A model generated the notes under the pieces. The model saw nothing but the letters and a program-made list of their open reading frames with translations. It made no database searches and had not been told where the DNA came from. Shown here one piece after another: positions 11,974 through 26,332 of a stretch of 64,000 nucleotides of DNA. Within the stretch, counting starts at the first letter, position 1. Each line of letters begins with the position of its first letter. The stretch comes from Pavona decussata. Its lineage: Eukaryota. Location: assembly GCA_977016875.1 (NCBI GenBank), contig CDRNST010000273.1, positions 3,162,001 to 3,226,000 of the forward strand. Reading direction: 5' to 3'. A program made the position numbers and the translations under genes.

Positions 11974-14900
11974 TAAAACAACTGCTTAAGCAATTTTTAA
12001 TTGATGCATGTCTTATATTGCATCATTACATAATCTCAGCTCCCAAAAGCTAAGAACAAACAAACAATTCACGCTGCATAGCACTGAATTTTGATGTCAT
12101 GTAACATAATATATATATTTAGGCAAGCCTAAAAGCAGAACTCCACATTTATTATTTTTCAAATGACATAATAATATAATTTTTCAGTAATTACATATAA
12201 GTCCATTGGCATATGACCCGTCTCGGCCCGGTGAACTCATGTACTAGAAAATGGTACGGAAAGGAGACGCGACCCAGTTCAGAAAGAGTTCTTCAGACCC
12301 GGTAGAGCAACTTCGCGGGTCTTAATATTTTCATCAATTGATTTTGTAGAAAAGAAATTCATGAAAAATAAAATGTCACCAATGTATAAAAGATTATAAG
12401 GTTCTTTTTTTGCTGTCTTCAGTTACTTATATTATTTTTTAAAGGCATCGTTGTACACGTGGGCTGCCAATATCTGTTTTACAAAATGCGTAAGATAGCA
12501 ACATGTTCAGTCTCAAGTCTCACATGTCACAGTGCATGGCTTACATGGATGGGGTGAATGTGCTCATAGCGGCGTCAAACCACTTCGCTCCTAGAGTCCA
12601 CTGCCTTGCCCGCATCGATAGGTAACCAATCCATATTTGATTTCGTACCCATTGACCCGAAAGCTAGCCAAATGTCTTCCGTTCAACTGGAATTCAACAA
12701 CTAAGGGTATTGAAAATTTACTGTAATACAACAAACTTGCTCAACAAGATAGCATTTACCAATCTCATGTTCTCACTTTCTTCATTAGGCTAGTTATAAA
12801 TCAAGTTTATATTCTCCAATGTAATTGAAAAAAGACATAACTCTGGTCTTCGGTCCGGCTGACACAGTGCTATACGAGATAGTATGGAAAGGGGATGTAT
12901 GATAGTAAAGAAAAAAGCTGTTCATAACCGATCAAGCAACTTCCCACCTGGCTTAATATAAGCTAAGAAGTAAACTTCCCAGCACCCATCAGGAATCGAA
13001 CATACGAAAATGTTTTTCCTGAAAGTGGTAGTACTATTAAAGCACTGCAACTTTCCTACCTGGGCAATAATAATGGTTCTTGAATATTGGCTTTGATGAA
13101 GCTGAGAGATTCTTCATTTCAACATTTTGACTTTGTTGCACCGGTGTACATAGACTACAAAAATATTGTTTACCACAATATAATGATTGGCTAAGTGAAT
13201 TAGTTAAGCATTGACAAAACATTATTGACCCATTCCCATTTCTACTTTTTTACTCAATTCCCAACTTCAGGTTACTCAAATCCCATTTTCCTGAGGCGAA
13301 AGCAGGCCAATATATACCAGTTTCTATTTTACCCCTTCCGAACCCTCCTTGTTCAATAGGCTAACCATATATTTAACATAACATTCACCGAGTTCACATG
13401 AAAGGGTAAGATAAAAGCTGTTACATTGCTCTGATGTGGATCAAAGGTCATTTCAATTCCTTCAAAACACCTCGTTTAAAAGTTAGTTACCGCAACAATC
13501 AGAACATTCAACAATGTACAGGGAACACCTTATCCCTGACAAAAAAAATCCACATTGGGTGGAGGTTGGGGCGAGGTAGCAGTTCTCGCATGCGACACAA
13601 AATTCGCGTCATTGCAATTGCAGCATGCGGAAATGGCACGAAAATTCATATAGGAGGGAGGCCGATGTGCTGATAGTTGCCTTTTTTTCTGCGTTTAAGA
13701 AGAAGGTAAGTGACATTTTTCTCTTTTATTTTCTTTACAGAAAATGCTTTATCTTCACAAGTCTATTGTTAGAAATATTGTTTCTTATAACCATCCGCCC
13801 TTTATGGGTATTGACCATTTTTCACCAATTTTCAGGCAAATGACAAGCGCTAGGAAAGACACCGATGGCTCGGGCCAAGAACAAGCAAGAGAGTCGTACA
13901 CTGATGCAGTTTTGCTTATTTTTTTTTAAATTGGTTTTACACTTATCCAGTTACTTCGTACAAAACTGAAAATAATCTTATAAAAAAGGGTTCATAATTT
14001 CATGTTTTAACTACCAATTTGAAGTCCACAAACATGTTTTGGCGGCAACAGTCCTCCCTTTTTTAGTGGTGGTGTGAAGTTTTGTGTCGGATATTGACAG
14101 CATTGGTTACGAAAATTAGCCGCAATGAAGAAAACAAGACAAAACGACGCGTGAATTAATGTATATACTTGTTGAAGTTCTTTATCCCTGAGTTTATGCA
14201 GAAACACGGTTTGGAAGGTCATAGTCGTTATGTCATTTTTGAAACTATGCACAATTTTTCCTACCCTGCATGCTGATTGCCTTAAAAATTATCATCTCGC
14301 TTTCTTGCAAGGATGCATGAGTCTAACCCAATCTCTCTACATCAGGGATATATTAAAATGAAAGACAGCAAAATAAATAAAACAAAAAAAAGGCAAAGAA
14401 AGCGAAGCAGCAAAATGACTTTTACAGTGTAACTTCAAAGGTCTTCACGCTCTTGCTCGCTTTCTACATTTTGCGATATCTTTTCTTGTTCTAATTCTTT
14501 TCGTACTTTACATGATTAAAACAGTCAAGTTTCCTTTTCTATAAAACCGCATGGAGGCATTGTATCCCACCTATCCCCTTACTGGAAGTGTTTTGTTTAG
14601 TTTACGCACTTCAAGCTGCCTACATTGCTCTCTTTTAAAATATTTTCAACGTCATAATGCATGCTAAAATTAGTTTGTAAAATGTTAAAAAAAATATTTG
14701 TTTCCCATCACTAGATAAATCAAGATGAAGAAACGTTGACAAGTACGAGAGACATACCTCGCTTTTACCTCTTTCTGTTTGCTTGACATTGACTTCTTAC
14801 CATGGTGTAGTTCTGCTTTGTGCATACACTACACAGGATCTGCCTTGACCCATAATTTTTGATGAGCTTTCTTTTATTTTTCTATGCATTAACAGGATCA

Positions 14901-16904
14901 GAAAACGAGGACAATCCTCCCTATCACCCATGGAGTGAGTATTACAGTACATATGCGGTGATTCTTTAATTATTAAACCTATCCTCGTTTCAATGTTCTT
15001 TGGATGATAGTAAGGGGCAGGGGGGGGGGGGGGTGATAAGTTTCATTTTATGGATTACTCTCCCTTCATTTGTTTTAGATGTTTGATTAACTAGCCGTAC
15101 TTTACAATTCTGGCCAAATTTAAAAGCATGCTCACTTTCCCTAACAATCTAAATTTTCAGACCGCTTGAACAAAACATTAACTTTTGTATCGTTATCCCA
15201 TCTTAACATCAAATTATTACTTCATTATATTGCAGAAAAAAGAACAAAAAAGATGAGAAGTGGAACTCATTGGATTATATACTATCCATGATTTCCTGGG
15301 TACTATGGGTGCAGGGGAGGGCAAGAGGAGGAAAACACCCATAACATACTTGACAGTGGTTTATGCCCTAATGTCAAAAATTGACCCCTACAATGGAAAT
15401 AAAAGGGAACAATTTCAGAGTTAAAATGCCACGAACTGAGCAACAGCATTTCTTTGTGAGAAACCCTGCCACAACAGTTTTATTTACAGTAAAACTCTGT
15501 CAGTCTGTTGGTTACATACATTACACCAAACGTTGCAGAATCCTAAACAATGGCAAATGGCTTTCCAATACATTAGGACTTTTTTTCTAGGCTATTAGTT
15601 ATGGAGATTGGCACGAGCTTTCATACCAACTCACATGATGAAATTTGGTTACACTCTCAACCCCAAATCCTGTTTTGGTGTCAAAAAAAATAAATGTTTG
15701 TTGAATAGCAAATATTTTTTGTATGATTTCCTTCACGACAAATGCAAAGGATCTATATATTTGCTTTTACACACACCCATGATGTTGCTTGCATACAGTT
15801 TAAACTCCACATATGCAAGCTTGAGCTTTGGGCATGGAGTACATGCATTGTAGAGGTTTTTTTATTTACTCAGGTGATTACAGGGATGCGCATGCTCTGG
15901 TTGGTGGAGTATTACATCATAACTTGCAATAATCACCCATTGCAAACTGATTATAATTCCCAACAACTTATTTACAATACGGTTGGCTTGTGATTTTATT
16001 GATGTTTCTGATTTAAAGAGCAAATAAGATAAAAAACAAACAAACAAATAACTACAACAACAACAGCAACAAACAAAAATAATTGCTCCAATGATATAAT
16101 TACCTGCGTGTGCAACTAAACTCAAGTAATTATTGTTCTTCTTAGGCTCCAGACATGAATATTCAGGCACGTGCATTCAATTGATATACCATGTTATCAG
16201 TGCCAGACTACATGTTGCTGTTCATTCACTGGTGAAATAAACAAATTGGCATTCTTTAGTCACTTTTTTGCTTTTCTTTTTCCACGGAGCCCTTCAATTA
16301 TAGCCTTAGTAATTATCAAAAACAATTACTTGCCTCCTGCTCAGTGCATATTGCTGAATATTCATAACATTTACATCACCTTGGCCGAACAATTTTTACA
16401 TAATGCACTTGATTTGACCAATCATAGTGCATGCAGTTATTTGCACATTTTAATATTAAGTTGTTAATACTTGGATGGTCATTGGTCAATTCCATAGGGA
16501 AATAGAGATATTGTTCAAAATGTGAGGACCTTGAAACCCTCTCTAAGTGAAATAAATGTGCAATTGTTGTCTAGTGAGGTAATGATCACAATCAGAGAAA
16601 AGGTTCAAAAGGGATGAAAAAGTAACTGGCAATTGATTTTCTGCACATTAATTAAAAAGGTCACTGATGATTGAGTGAAAATGTTAAAAAGAGGCATACT
16701 CAATACCAGCTGTTGGTATACTTTTAATGTTTGTTCCACTTGGAAAGTTATGTTTTTCCAAGAGGTAATTCACAGCAATATGATTATGTGTTGGAGTACC
16801 ATCATAACTAAAAGACAGCAAATTTATTACAATGTTAAATTTCACTGCATACTTATTTACCATACTTATAACCAAACACTCTTTAGACACTTTAACTTCC
16901 TATT

Positions 16905-17627
16905 CCACCTCTTTACAGGATGCTACACATGTCATGGGTATGGCCATACGGTCAAATTCTGCACATCAACAGATGAAGGTAAAACTGCAATAGAGTCACC
17001 TCTATAACTGTCTTTACTACAGAAAAATATGTTAATCGTTACGCACCTTTTTTACTTTTTGATGGATGACAGCATTATATGCTACTGCTGTGGGGGTAGG
17101 GGCCACAAAAAGGCTATGTGCCCCACCCCCAGGCTCCCAAACAGAGAGCAACCAAACAAATGACGCCCAAAAAAAACCAAGGGCATCAAAACAAGGTAAT
17201 TAACATCAATAATGTATTGAGGTAGACATTTACTGTGAATAGACTTCATTAACAGGTTTCATTGACTAACCACCTCTTTACAGGATGCTGTCATGGGTAT
17301 GGACATAAGGCCAAAGCCTGTACCTCAAGAAACAAAGGTAAAACTGCAATAAAGTCACCTCTGTAAATGTCTTTACTACAGAAAAATATGTTAATCGTTA
17401 CGCACCTTTTGTACTTTTTGATAGATGACAACATTACATGCTACTGCTGTGGGGGTAGGGGGCACAAAAAGGCTATGTGCCCCACCCCCAGGTTCCTAAA
17501 CAGAGAGCAACCAAACAAATGGCGCCCAAAAAAAATCAAGGGCATCAAAACAAAGGTAATTAACAACAATAACGTATCGAGGTAGACATTTACTGTGAAT
17601 AGGCTTCATTAACAGGTTTCCTTGACT
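16905..17627 (+). repeat. 365-bp tandem duplication encoding CCHC zinc-knuckle segments (gene relic)
   Basis: Copies begin at 16905 and 17270 (CCACCTCTTTACAGGATGCT). They encode CYTCHGYGHTVKFC and CYCCGGRGHKKAMC (CX2CX4HX4C). The second copy has a deletion in the first knuckle. Confidence 0.75.
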
Positions 17628-17675
17628 GAAAGTATTTTTTTTACCATTCTTGACAGAGTCCATAGGTTTTACCAC

Positions 17676-18425
17676 CGGTTTCATTGATTTGGACCCTTGA
17701 ATAAAAACTCCCGCGAGCATTTGGGCATTCGATTCCATCAATCATGCGTTCCTTATATGGAAGGAGTGGTTCAGCTTTGTAAAAAGAATTTGTTGCCATC
17801 TTTTTGCAACTTCATCTTATATTGAAATGGAGTTTGAAAGTTCGTCAATGGAAAGCTGACTGTATGAACATCGCGAGGTAACTTTACCAGACATTGAAGA
17901 AACACAAATCTGGGACAATCCAAAGATATGGTGCATTTTCACTTCATAAGTTTCCTTGAATTGTGTATCATCGCTATGTCAGTCAACTGGGCCAAATTCC
18001 TGAACTTTTTTGTACTTTAAACTTACCAAACATTTCATCTTGCAGAGAGAGGCGGCTCTGTACACGAGTACCAAAAATGGAACGGTTGAAGGAGTCGAGC
18101 ACACTCCTTTTATCTTGCTTTTCCCGTCCGGGCTGGGTAATCAACTGTGGAAGTATTTCTGTATATTTTTTTATATTTTTCTGTATAATTTTCTTCACAA
18201 AATTAATGTCAGCCCCACGTTCAGAAGTGTTGCTGTAGCCCTCGCGCTCAACCCCTGCACGAAGAAGCAACCATCTCCATAGAACAGACTACACAGTGGC
18301 CGCCATAGTTTTGAAAACAATAGCGGCATTCCTATAACACCATATAAGGAGCACATGATTGGCGGAAGCGAATCGCCAAATGCTCACGGGAGTTTTTATT
18401 CGAGGGTCGCATATCAATGAAATCG
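17676..18425. mobile_element. ~750-bp non-autonomous element with ~85-bp imperfect TIRs
   Basis: TTTCATTGAT..GACCCT.GAATAAAAACTCCCG.GAGCATTTGG...CCTTATATGG at 17679-17760 is the reverse complement of 18340-18422. Confidence 0.75.
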
Positions 18426-19611
18426 TTGTTAATAATTTTTCATTAGTTATGTACTTTTAAGTGTTAATTCTGTGCACAGAAATGATAAGCTTTAGTGTGA
18501 CCATTTAAAATAACACATTTTTAGCAAAAAATTATTGTTAACCCTTTGTTATTTGGCATTTTACAAAATTAAACTTTAATACTTAGGCACTTCCACTTTC
18601 CTATTATAAATAATTATCAGAATTTTGCCCTTGTTTAAGATATTAATACCTGTACATTTCATTTCTTTCAACAGAAGCGAAAAACAGGAAGCAAATACGT
18701 GCAAAGATTTTCAATATTTACTTAACATTAAAGTAATGAGAACGAAAGCTACATCATTTCCCACTCATTCCGAAAAGACAAGCGCTTTTAAGTTTGCACC
18801 AGAATATCAGAAAATCGATTCTTATAAGTGCTTAGAAATGCAAATTGTTCGTTCGTTTGCGTTTCTGGTTTGTTCAGTTTTTCCTCCATTTGCCCAGTCT
18901 TTCTTGCTATTCATGGGCATAAACATGTTATAAACAATAAGATTTAACCAATTAAAAGCTGTATTAAAACATTTCGAGGAAGTTCCTTCATGTTTTGATA
19001 CCTATGGCTATCATACTACAGAGAAAGACTTCTTCTTTCTCTGATATGAGATAGACTTCTTCTTTCTCTGATATGTATAATATATAAAACACGAGAAAGT
19101 GTCTTTTAAGAGATATTCAAACACTGAGAAGTGGGTTGAAAAAACAAGGCGCATCTGACAGCTACAGACATAACAAAAGCTAGTGATGTCATGCACATGC
19201 TGGACACTTCATATACGAGCTGAGCAGGAAAGAAAGTTGTCAACATTATACAATCTAGAAGGAAAAAGCTACAAAACACTGCAATATGTCCAAGTATTTT
19301 AAAATTATGAGTTGGTGTTTTAAATTGTGTATAATTACACCCTTTAAGGAATTATTGGATTTGGTTTTAGCATGATAGCAAAATCGTCAACTCAGTGAAG
19401 GCCTAGGTTTGTGATATCTGTTCAGTAAGGTGCTTCTCAGTGTTTCATTTTTCCTTTCTAGTGACTCTTGATTACAAAGCACTGTTACTCCTCGATAAAA
19501 AAGATGATGAGAACCTCATTCTTGGTGGAAAAGGCTATGGAAAGGAATTCTGTGTATATTGTAATACAATGACGGTAAATAGATCATTCTAAAGAAAAAT
19601 GTTCAAAACTT

Positions 19612-19623
19612 TTATTATTATTA

Positions 19624-19663
<40 letters not shown>

Positions 19664-19680
19664 CATCATCATCATCACCA
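19612..19680. repeat. (TTA)n/(TCA)n microsatellite
   Basis: Direct inspection. Confidence 0.9.
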
Positions 19681-19922
19681 TAATCGTCATCATTAGTCAC
19701 GACTGTGCAAGAGGGGACAGTCTTTCTTATAACTTCTTTAATTAGGTAAGTTGCAAGGGGCTTAATCTGTTGAACAAAAGAAAACGTTTTTATCGTGTAC
19801 AGTATTCCATGCAGTGTCTCTAGATAATGTGACTTTGCAGAGAAATTTTGATTGAAATGTCTTATAATGTACACTTAGCGATTAAATGAAGGTTGTACTG
19901 GTGGCTAAGACTTTCTTTTTCA

Positions 19923-20470
19923 ATGAACATCGTATGGCAGGGTATGGGATATTTAACTTTGTATACTTTATCCGTAAAATTGACCCTGTTTTCCACATTT
20001 CTTGTTTCATATGTGAAAATCGGGGTGAACATCGTATGGCAGGGTATGGGATATATAACTTTTTATACTTTATCCGTAAAATTGACCCCGTTTTCCTCAT
20101 TTTTTTCTTTCATATGTGAAAATCGGGGTGAACATTGTATTGCAAGGTATGCAATTAATATTTCTTTGTATTTGTCGTTGTACTCTTCTCATTTATACTT
20201 TTCTTATTCCTTTGATCTTTAGTATCTGTTGCTGCTTCCAATCCACCAGTTATTCAACCTCACACCTCTTCTTCTTCATCCTCTCAAGGTGAGTTTCATT
20301 TTACCTGAGTTATCTGGCATACAATTAATATTTCTTTGTATTAGTCGTTGTACTCTTCTCATTTATACTTTTTTTATTCCTTGCTTGTTTAGTATCTGTT
20401 GCTGCTTCCAACCTAACAGCTGTTCAACCTCACACCTCTTCTTTATCATCTTGAGATGCGTTTCATCTTA
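19923..20470. repeat. Local tandem duplications (~103-bp unit x2, then ~174-bp unit x2)
   Basis: TGAACATCGTATGGCAGGGTATGGGATAT...AAAATTGACCC is repeated. CAATTAATATTTCTTTGTATT.GTCGTTGTACTCTTCTCATTTATAC...TTCAACCTCACACCTCTTCTT is repeated. Confidence 0.8.
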
Positions 20471-20806
20471 CACTGTACCTGATTTCTCCGCATACAGTCA
20501 AAATTTCTTTTTGTTATGTAGCTAAGGCTTGTGGCCGATATAATGGGTGCTCTGATTGGCTAAGCGCCTTAAAAAGTTGTAAATCTGGCCAGCCTAAATT
20601 AGCTCTCGCTACCTGTGGGCCAGTCTCTCTTTTTTGCTAATTTTTGGAATTTTTGAATAAACTTAACTTAAACTTTAAAACTTAACTTGATCAGAGCAGA
20701 GCATTACGCATCAGTAATGCCCACGGTCCAATTAGGGATAATGCAAATTAGGGTTAGGCTTGAATTGAAATGTTTTTTTTTTTTCTTTCTTATAAAGAAA
20801 GCAATA

Positions 20807-20965
20807 TAATAGACAACTTAAATGCCACGACCATTCGGTTGTTACGGGAAAATATCAAACCCCTGCCAAGCTATTGACCTTGCTATATCGCTCGGTCAAT
20901 ATGGCAAGACCTCAGTTTGAGATTTTCCAGTAAGGACCTCACTCTCGGTTATTAAGTGGTTATTA
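20807..20965. repeat. Imperfect hairpin repeat, probably a Crypton-type non-autonomous end
   Basis: TAATAGACAACTTAA...GGAAAATATCAAAC...TATTGACC..GGTCAATA...GTTTGAGATTTTCC...TTAAGTGGTTATTA folds back on itself. The family assignment is an inference. Confidence 0.4.
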
Positions 20966-22083
20966 TTTATCATTGTATTTTTCCCATGTATAATTTTCTT
21001 ACTTCTTTGATGTTTAGTGTCTGATGCTGTTGTTCAACGTCCCACCTCTTCATCATCTGGAGGTGCTTATCATCTTTTTGTACTGTTAATGCTACACCAT
21101 ATATGGATCTCCGTAACTCAAACCGTCAAGATAAACGCAAAAATGTTTAAGTCAGCGAAAGTTGGAAACTAAAGAAAGCTGCTATCAGTACTAGTGGAAA
21201 GAACGAGACATTGAATTTAATAATTTGCTGAGAGGATTTATTTTTAGACAACTGCGAGTAAACCGAAACACGGTGCGCCTAAATCACTCACTTCATCGAA
21301 TTATTTTGTAAAATCCTGCAACAATGCACAGAGCTTAATTGTCCTTTGTTTCTTGTCTCAAACTGTTCTGATATTTAGCATTTCATGTTATGGACTTGAT
21401 ATCGCGCCATAAGATGTTCTTGATAATCAACTGATAGAGTTGGTAAGGTATGCAAAACAGAGCATTATGTTAAATTGAACCTTGTAATTTTCCTTCCAAA
21501 ATTGAACACTTTACCTTTCTACTGTTGACACTTTACGTGACAAATGTTCGCTTCCCTTGCTGAAAGGTTATATTAAATTTTTGATTTTATTTACAAGTTT
21601 ACGGCAATTTTAACTTTTTTTGGAAGAGTTCTTTAAGGTCTCATTTGCTTTTAAAAGCGTGATACAAGAACACGATAAACAACGCCGAAGCGCAGTTCTC
21701 ACTGGCTTCCTTAACACCTGAGTCCTGTTGTTCAAAGGGTGGTTAACGTTACCCATCGGAAAAATTGCCAGGGTTTGAGATTTTCCTGTAACGACCTAAT
21801 GGTTGTGACATTTAAGTTGTCTATAATATTGCACATTGTACAGTGGATATCGTAGAATGGCCACCCTTCAAACAACCTAGTTTCCGTATGTCGGAAAAAT
21901 CTCCTATGATCGGGGACAGATTTCATTGTTTCCTGACGTAGTTGCAATAGTCCTAGTGGGCTTCGTGCTCAACCTGGATAAGCTCCGTAAGTGTGGCAGC
22001 TTGGGGTCGCCATTTCGACAAAGTAATGAAATAGGAAACATCTGTCCTTTGTTTCTCGATCATGTTTTCATTTTCCTTTATTT

Positions 22084-22341
22084 ATGGCACGTGTTGAAAT
22101 TGTTCTCTACAATGTTGATGGCCAAACTGTCGCTGTGGGGTATTTAGAATCTGGCCGTCAGTTTCTCCATGGCAAACGTATACCACCTGGGCATAAGGTG
22201 GTCAGATTCATGTGGGTAAAGTCCATGGACATTAGTTCTCCAATTGTGTTAAGAGATCCTGAAGAGAATTGCTTCTTGTCAGCTGGGCAGTTCTTTGCCC
22301 TTCCGACACCATGTTTAGCCGCTGTTAAATTAGTCAACTAA
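22084..22341 (+). other. Short ORF resembling the C-terminal domain of EnSpm/CACTA TnpA-type accessory proteins
   Basis: VAVGYLESGRQFLHGKRIPPGHKVVRFMWV...P pattern, recognised by eye only. Confidence 0.35.
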
Positions 22342-23699
22342 TTAATTGTAATTCTATACTATGTACTTATATGGCCTGATAACGTTGGGAGAATTCAAAA
22401 GTAGTCGTGTAAACCCTCACCCTTAGCTCAGGTTTACATAAACTTTCCCAAACTTTCTTTAGTGTTTGGTAACTGGCTGTATTATGTTAGATGATAAAAA
22501 TTGTCAATAATGAAAAATATTTACAACGTAATTATTTGGGATTAAAATAGTTAAAGGAATTTTATTTGGTGTTTGGACTTATTACAAATCATATTTCGGT
22601 TTTGGGAATATCACAGGAAAAGTCAAGTTGCCTCGTTATGCAGCTCTCTAGAAATAATACCTTGTAGTTTGACTTAGCTGTTCTTAATGTGTGATTAATG
22701 TATGAAGTCTCCTGTCATGAATTCGGTATGAGCAGCTGTATGTTCTGCGGAAACACTTGTGATCGAAAAAAATTTTCAATTAAGTTTCCTACAAATGATA
22801 ACACTTTGTTTACCTTACTTTTTATAGGTTTTTCCTCAACTTGACCTTTCGACGGTCTATTCCAGGAAATTGTTACTGCTCTTATTTTTAGTCATTTTTA
22901 GTACATTTTCTTGGGTTCTTTTACCGAATTCGTGGTAGTTGATGTTCATTTTAAAGATGAAGATATCTAAATAACAATGTCCGTAATATAAGGTGCTTTT
23001 GAAAGTAAATACTATGATCTTAGGGTGATTGTGAAGATAAATATCCATTGCTGTAATTCTGCTATCAGCCACGCACTGAATATATAATTCGAGCTTCAGA
23101 ATTTGTTGGCCACGTACATATTTAATTTATGGAAACTTTTAACCAATGACTTTCGATGAAGAAGGCTAACACCCTCAGCGAATCAACTACTTATATAATT
23201 TTTCGACGACAGCTTTTAGTGTTTTTCAGATTTAGTTTTGTGAAATCTTACTGTGTAAGTCCGAACTTTGTAATTATATTGGTCTCCCTGTTTTGTATTG
23301 ACTGGACAACCCAAGTTTCATTCTGATATTTCTCTAGAAAGATGTCTTTGACTTCGCTAACAGTGTCACCAGGGGAAATACCAGACGGCGTTACTTGCTG
23401 GAACTTTCCTGCTGATATCTGTCAAGGTCACTACAATGGCCGAATTGGCAGCAATGCATCCAGTTTGATCGGTTTGTTGATCGGCCCCACTTTGAATCTA
23501 AGAAACATCTCGCCCCAGAATTACACGCAAGTTTACCAAGAACAATTCTTGATGTTTTATGTGGTTGTATACAAATTGGCAACCGCATGTACGACTTGTG
23601 TAGAGATAGTTTACCTTCAAGGTATCCTTCCATTTAGGAAGTTGCCAGTGTGCTGGAGATGTGGCTTGTGCCTTTGCACAAACTAGGTCAAATATTCGA

Positions 23700-24282
23700 C
23701 AATGACATTAAATACAGCGAAGATCACACGACCTTCATGAACGAGATTATTACCAAGGGCTATGTAAAAGAAGTTCCAAGAGAAGAAGTGTCTATAAAAA
23801 ATGGTCACTGAGGTACATCTCGCACCATGGGGTTTACCACCCAAAGAAGCCTGGCAGTGTTAGATTGCAGCACAGACTACCAGAAAGAGTCGTTAAAAGG
23901 CAACTCTTAACAGGTCCTGATTTGACGAATGGAGTTGTGGGCTTGTTATTCTGCTTCGGGAAAAAGGCTGACTAGAGTTATCGGAATTTCCTCCAATTCC
24001 TCTGGTGCTCAAATTGGGACATACATGCAGCGCCAGTAGAATACAGAATGACCGTTCACCTCTTTGGTGCAGGATCATCCCTTGGTTGTGACAACTTTGC
24101 GTTGAAGAGAATCGCCACTGACCACGAAGTAGAGTTTGGCGTCATGCAACTTTGTCAGAGATGATTTTTACGTCAACACGGCCTGAAATCTTTGCCCACC
24201 ATGACTGAGGCAATCAAGCTCATAGAAAACACAGAAAGTTGTGCACAAAGGGTGGACTTTGCCTTCACAAGTTTACCTCCAA
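23700..24282 (+). mobile_element. BEL/Pao LTR-retrotransposon reverse transcriptase fragment (degraded)
   Basis: Frameshifted pieces: FMNEIITKGYVKEVP, YISHHGVYHPKKPG, LLTGPDLTN, HLFGAGSSLGCDNFALKR, DDFYV, KGGLCLHKFTSN. Confidence 0.8.
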
Positions 24283-24659
24283 CTTTTGCCACGCTCAAAA
24301 TTACGGCCTTGTCGGCGAAATACAATTGGAAAATTCGTTTGAATTTTCGAGCGTCATTTTGAAATTTCAGAAGGTCTCTCTCAAATTTTCGAAGAGCAAT
24401 TCAATTTTTCAAGAGAAAGGTTTGGAATTTTCAACAAACAATTCTCTTCAAATGCGGCTTTTAGCTACAGTAATATTTTCAATTCTCTCGAGGTTTCATC
24501 TCAAAAATAATTGATGGATACGTAATCATGGCAACCGTAGTTTGGATAGTTTGTTTTGGATCGCCCTCCCATATTTATTACTAAGTCTGCAATCATGCTG
24601 AAGGTATCTAGTTATACACAAAAGCGAGCGAAGCAAGAATAGTCAGCAAAGTGAAACAC

Positions 24660-25345
24660 TGGTTCAATCGATAACCTCGCCAGATCTGGTCGGCCGAGAA
24701 GACTGAATGCAGCAGCCAAAACCTTCATCAACGTTCAGGGAGAAAACGATGAAACAACCAGCCACCAGATCCAGAACAGGCTTGCCAGGCGTGGTGTTAC
24801 AGTCCATGCCTACACTGCCCAAAGATCGTGCAAAGAACAAGGATGGACTCTCCAAAATACCCGATACTGCCAGCTGATTCAAGAAGCGAACAAAGCTAAG
24901 ATACTGGAGTTTCCTCAACAAGTGATGGACACTGGAGACACAGTTCACAATGTTGTTTTTAGCAACGAATGTTTGATCTCCCTTAGAAGATCAATGAGCC
25001 TGCCAAAGGAAAGCTGAAGCTAAAGCACCAGCTTTGGGTTTATGTTTGGGCCGGCACACGCAGACCAAAATCTGCATCTTCAATGGCATTATGGAGGCTG
25101 ACTTGTACTCCAGTATCCTGGAAAGCACACTGATCCCATTCCTCCGTAACACACTGCCGGACAACCAATTCATGCAAGACAACAACCCCAAACACACTTC
25201 AAGAATTGCCAAAGCCTTTTTCGAAGAGAATGGAATAAACTGGTGGTGTAACCCTCCGGAAAGCCCAGACCTCAACCCCATAGCAAATTTATGGCACAAG
25301 TTAAAATTCTTCTTCGAAACACGAGTAAAGCCTACCACGAAACAA
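24660..25345 (+). pseudogene. Tc1-family transposase relic
   Basis: ENDETTSHQIQNRLARRG, ICIFNGIMEADLYSSILE, FMQDNNPKHTS, WWCNPPESPDLNPIANLWHKLK. Multiple frameshifts; the catalytic E is altered. Confidence 0.85.
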
Positions 25346-26332
25346 TGCAATCACAGCAAGATGACAAAGAATCAACACATGCACCTTGTGATCACGTGAA
25401 ATGTCACAAGCAATTGTTATGTAACACTTGTACAGCGGATTCCTCAACTTACGACATTAATTAAATAGGTACGTGATTGAAATGTAAAATTCTGTTTTAC
25501 CTCTTTAATTTGTTTGAATTGGAGGACATTTTTATTCTTTTTCGAGATTTAAAAAAATATAACTCGGAGATCAAGTTCTAGGTTAATAAAGTGAGTAAGG
25601 CTCTTTTATTTTTGGGAATGATAGTGGTTTAAGGATTATCGCGTGAAGTGGGCGGCGGGATGGAGCATAGCACCAAGCGGTCTATCGCTAGTAGGTGCCT
25701 TCTGCTGGTTGTGTATCACCATTTGTACCCTAATTCAATGACACTTTTGGAAATTAAAGACCAACTTTTGATATAGGTTGGCTTTAACACAAGGTAATAT
25801 TGCCGAAACATCATTTCATTGGTCTGGTGGAAAATAAAGTGTGGATGTTGTGTTCTTCACTACTTAGCATTTTAACTCCGACCTCTTGGGCTGGGAGGAG
25901 GTAAGAGCTTAACAAGAATGGGGGCTTGTTATAAGATCTGATTTCTAAAAGGGGGCTTATTAGAGGTGGGGGGCTTAAATCGAGCTTTAATGTTATTTAA
26001 TGTTTACAATGATAATGCAGGATCAAGTCCCTCTGTATTCATCTACTGTAGGCTCATGCTACTGTTGCACAGCTGCAGGCGTTATTCCTAAACAAGGATG
26101 AAGATTCTGTAAGAGATGCACTATGCACTTAATGTCAGTGAGGGAAACTTCCGTTTAGCAGGCTTCCAGACTTGTGAACTGGCATGGTAAGTGACCTGTT
26201 ATTTTCTAACATGTATTGAATAAACTTGAGTACTGTAATGATTTGATTTACATGAAATAGTTTATGGGGTTGTAACTGAGAAATAGAAGACACTTTCTGT
26301 GTTTGGAATAATGAGAAAAGTTATGGAAACAT

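Noticed and set aside
12100-13400. Possible Penelope/DIRS-associated repeat fragments
   Set aside because: Looks repetitive, but I could identify no coding motif, TIR pair or TSD to support a call.
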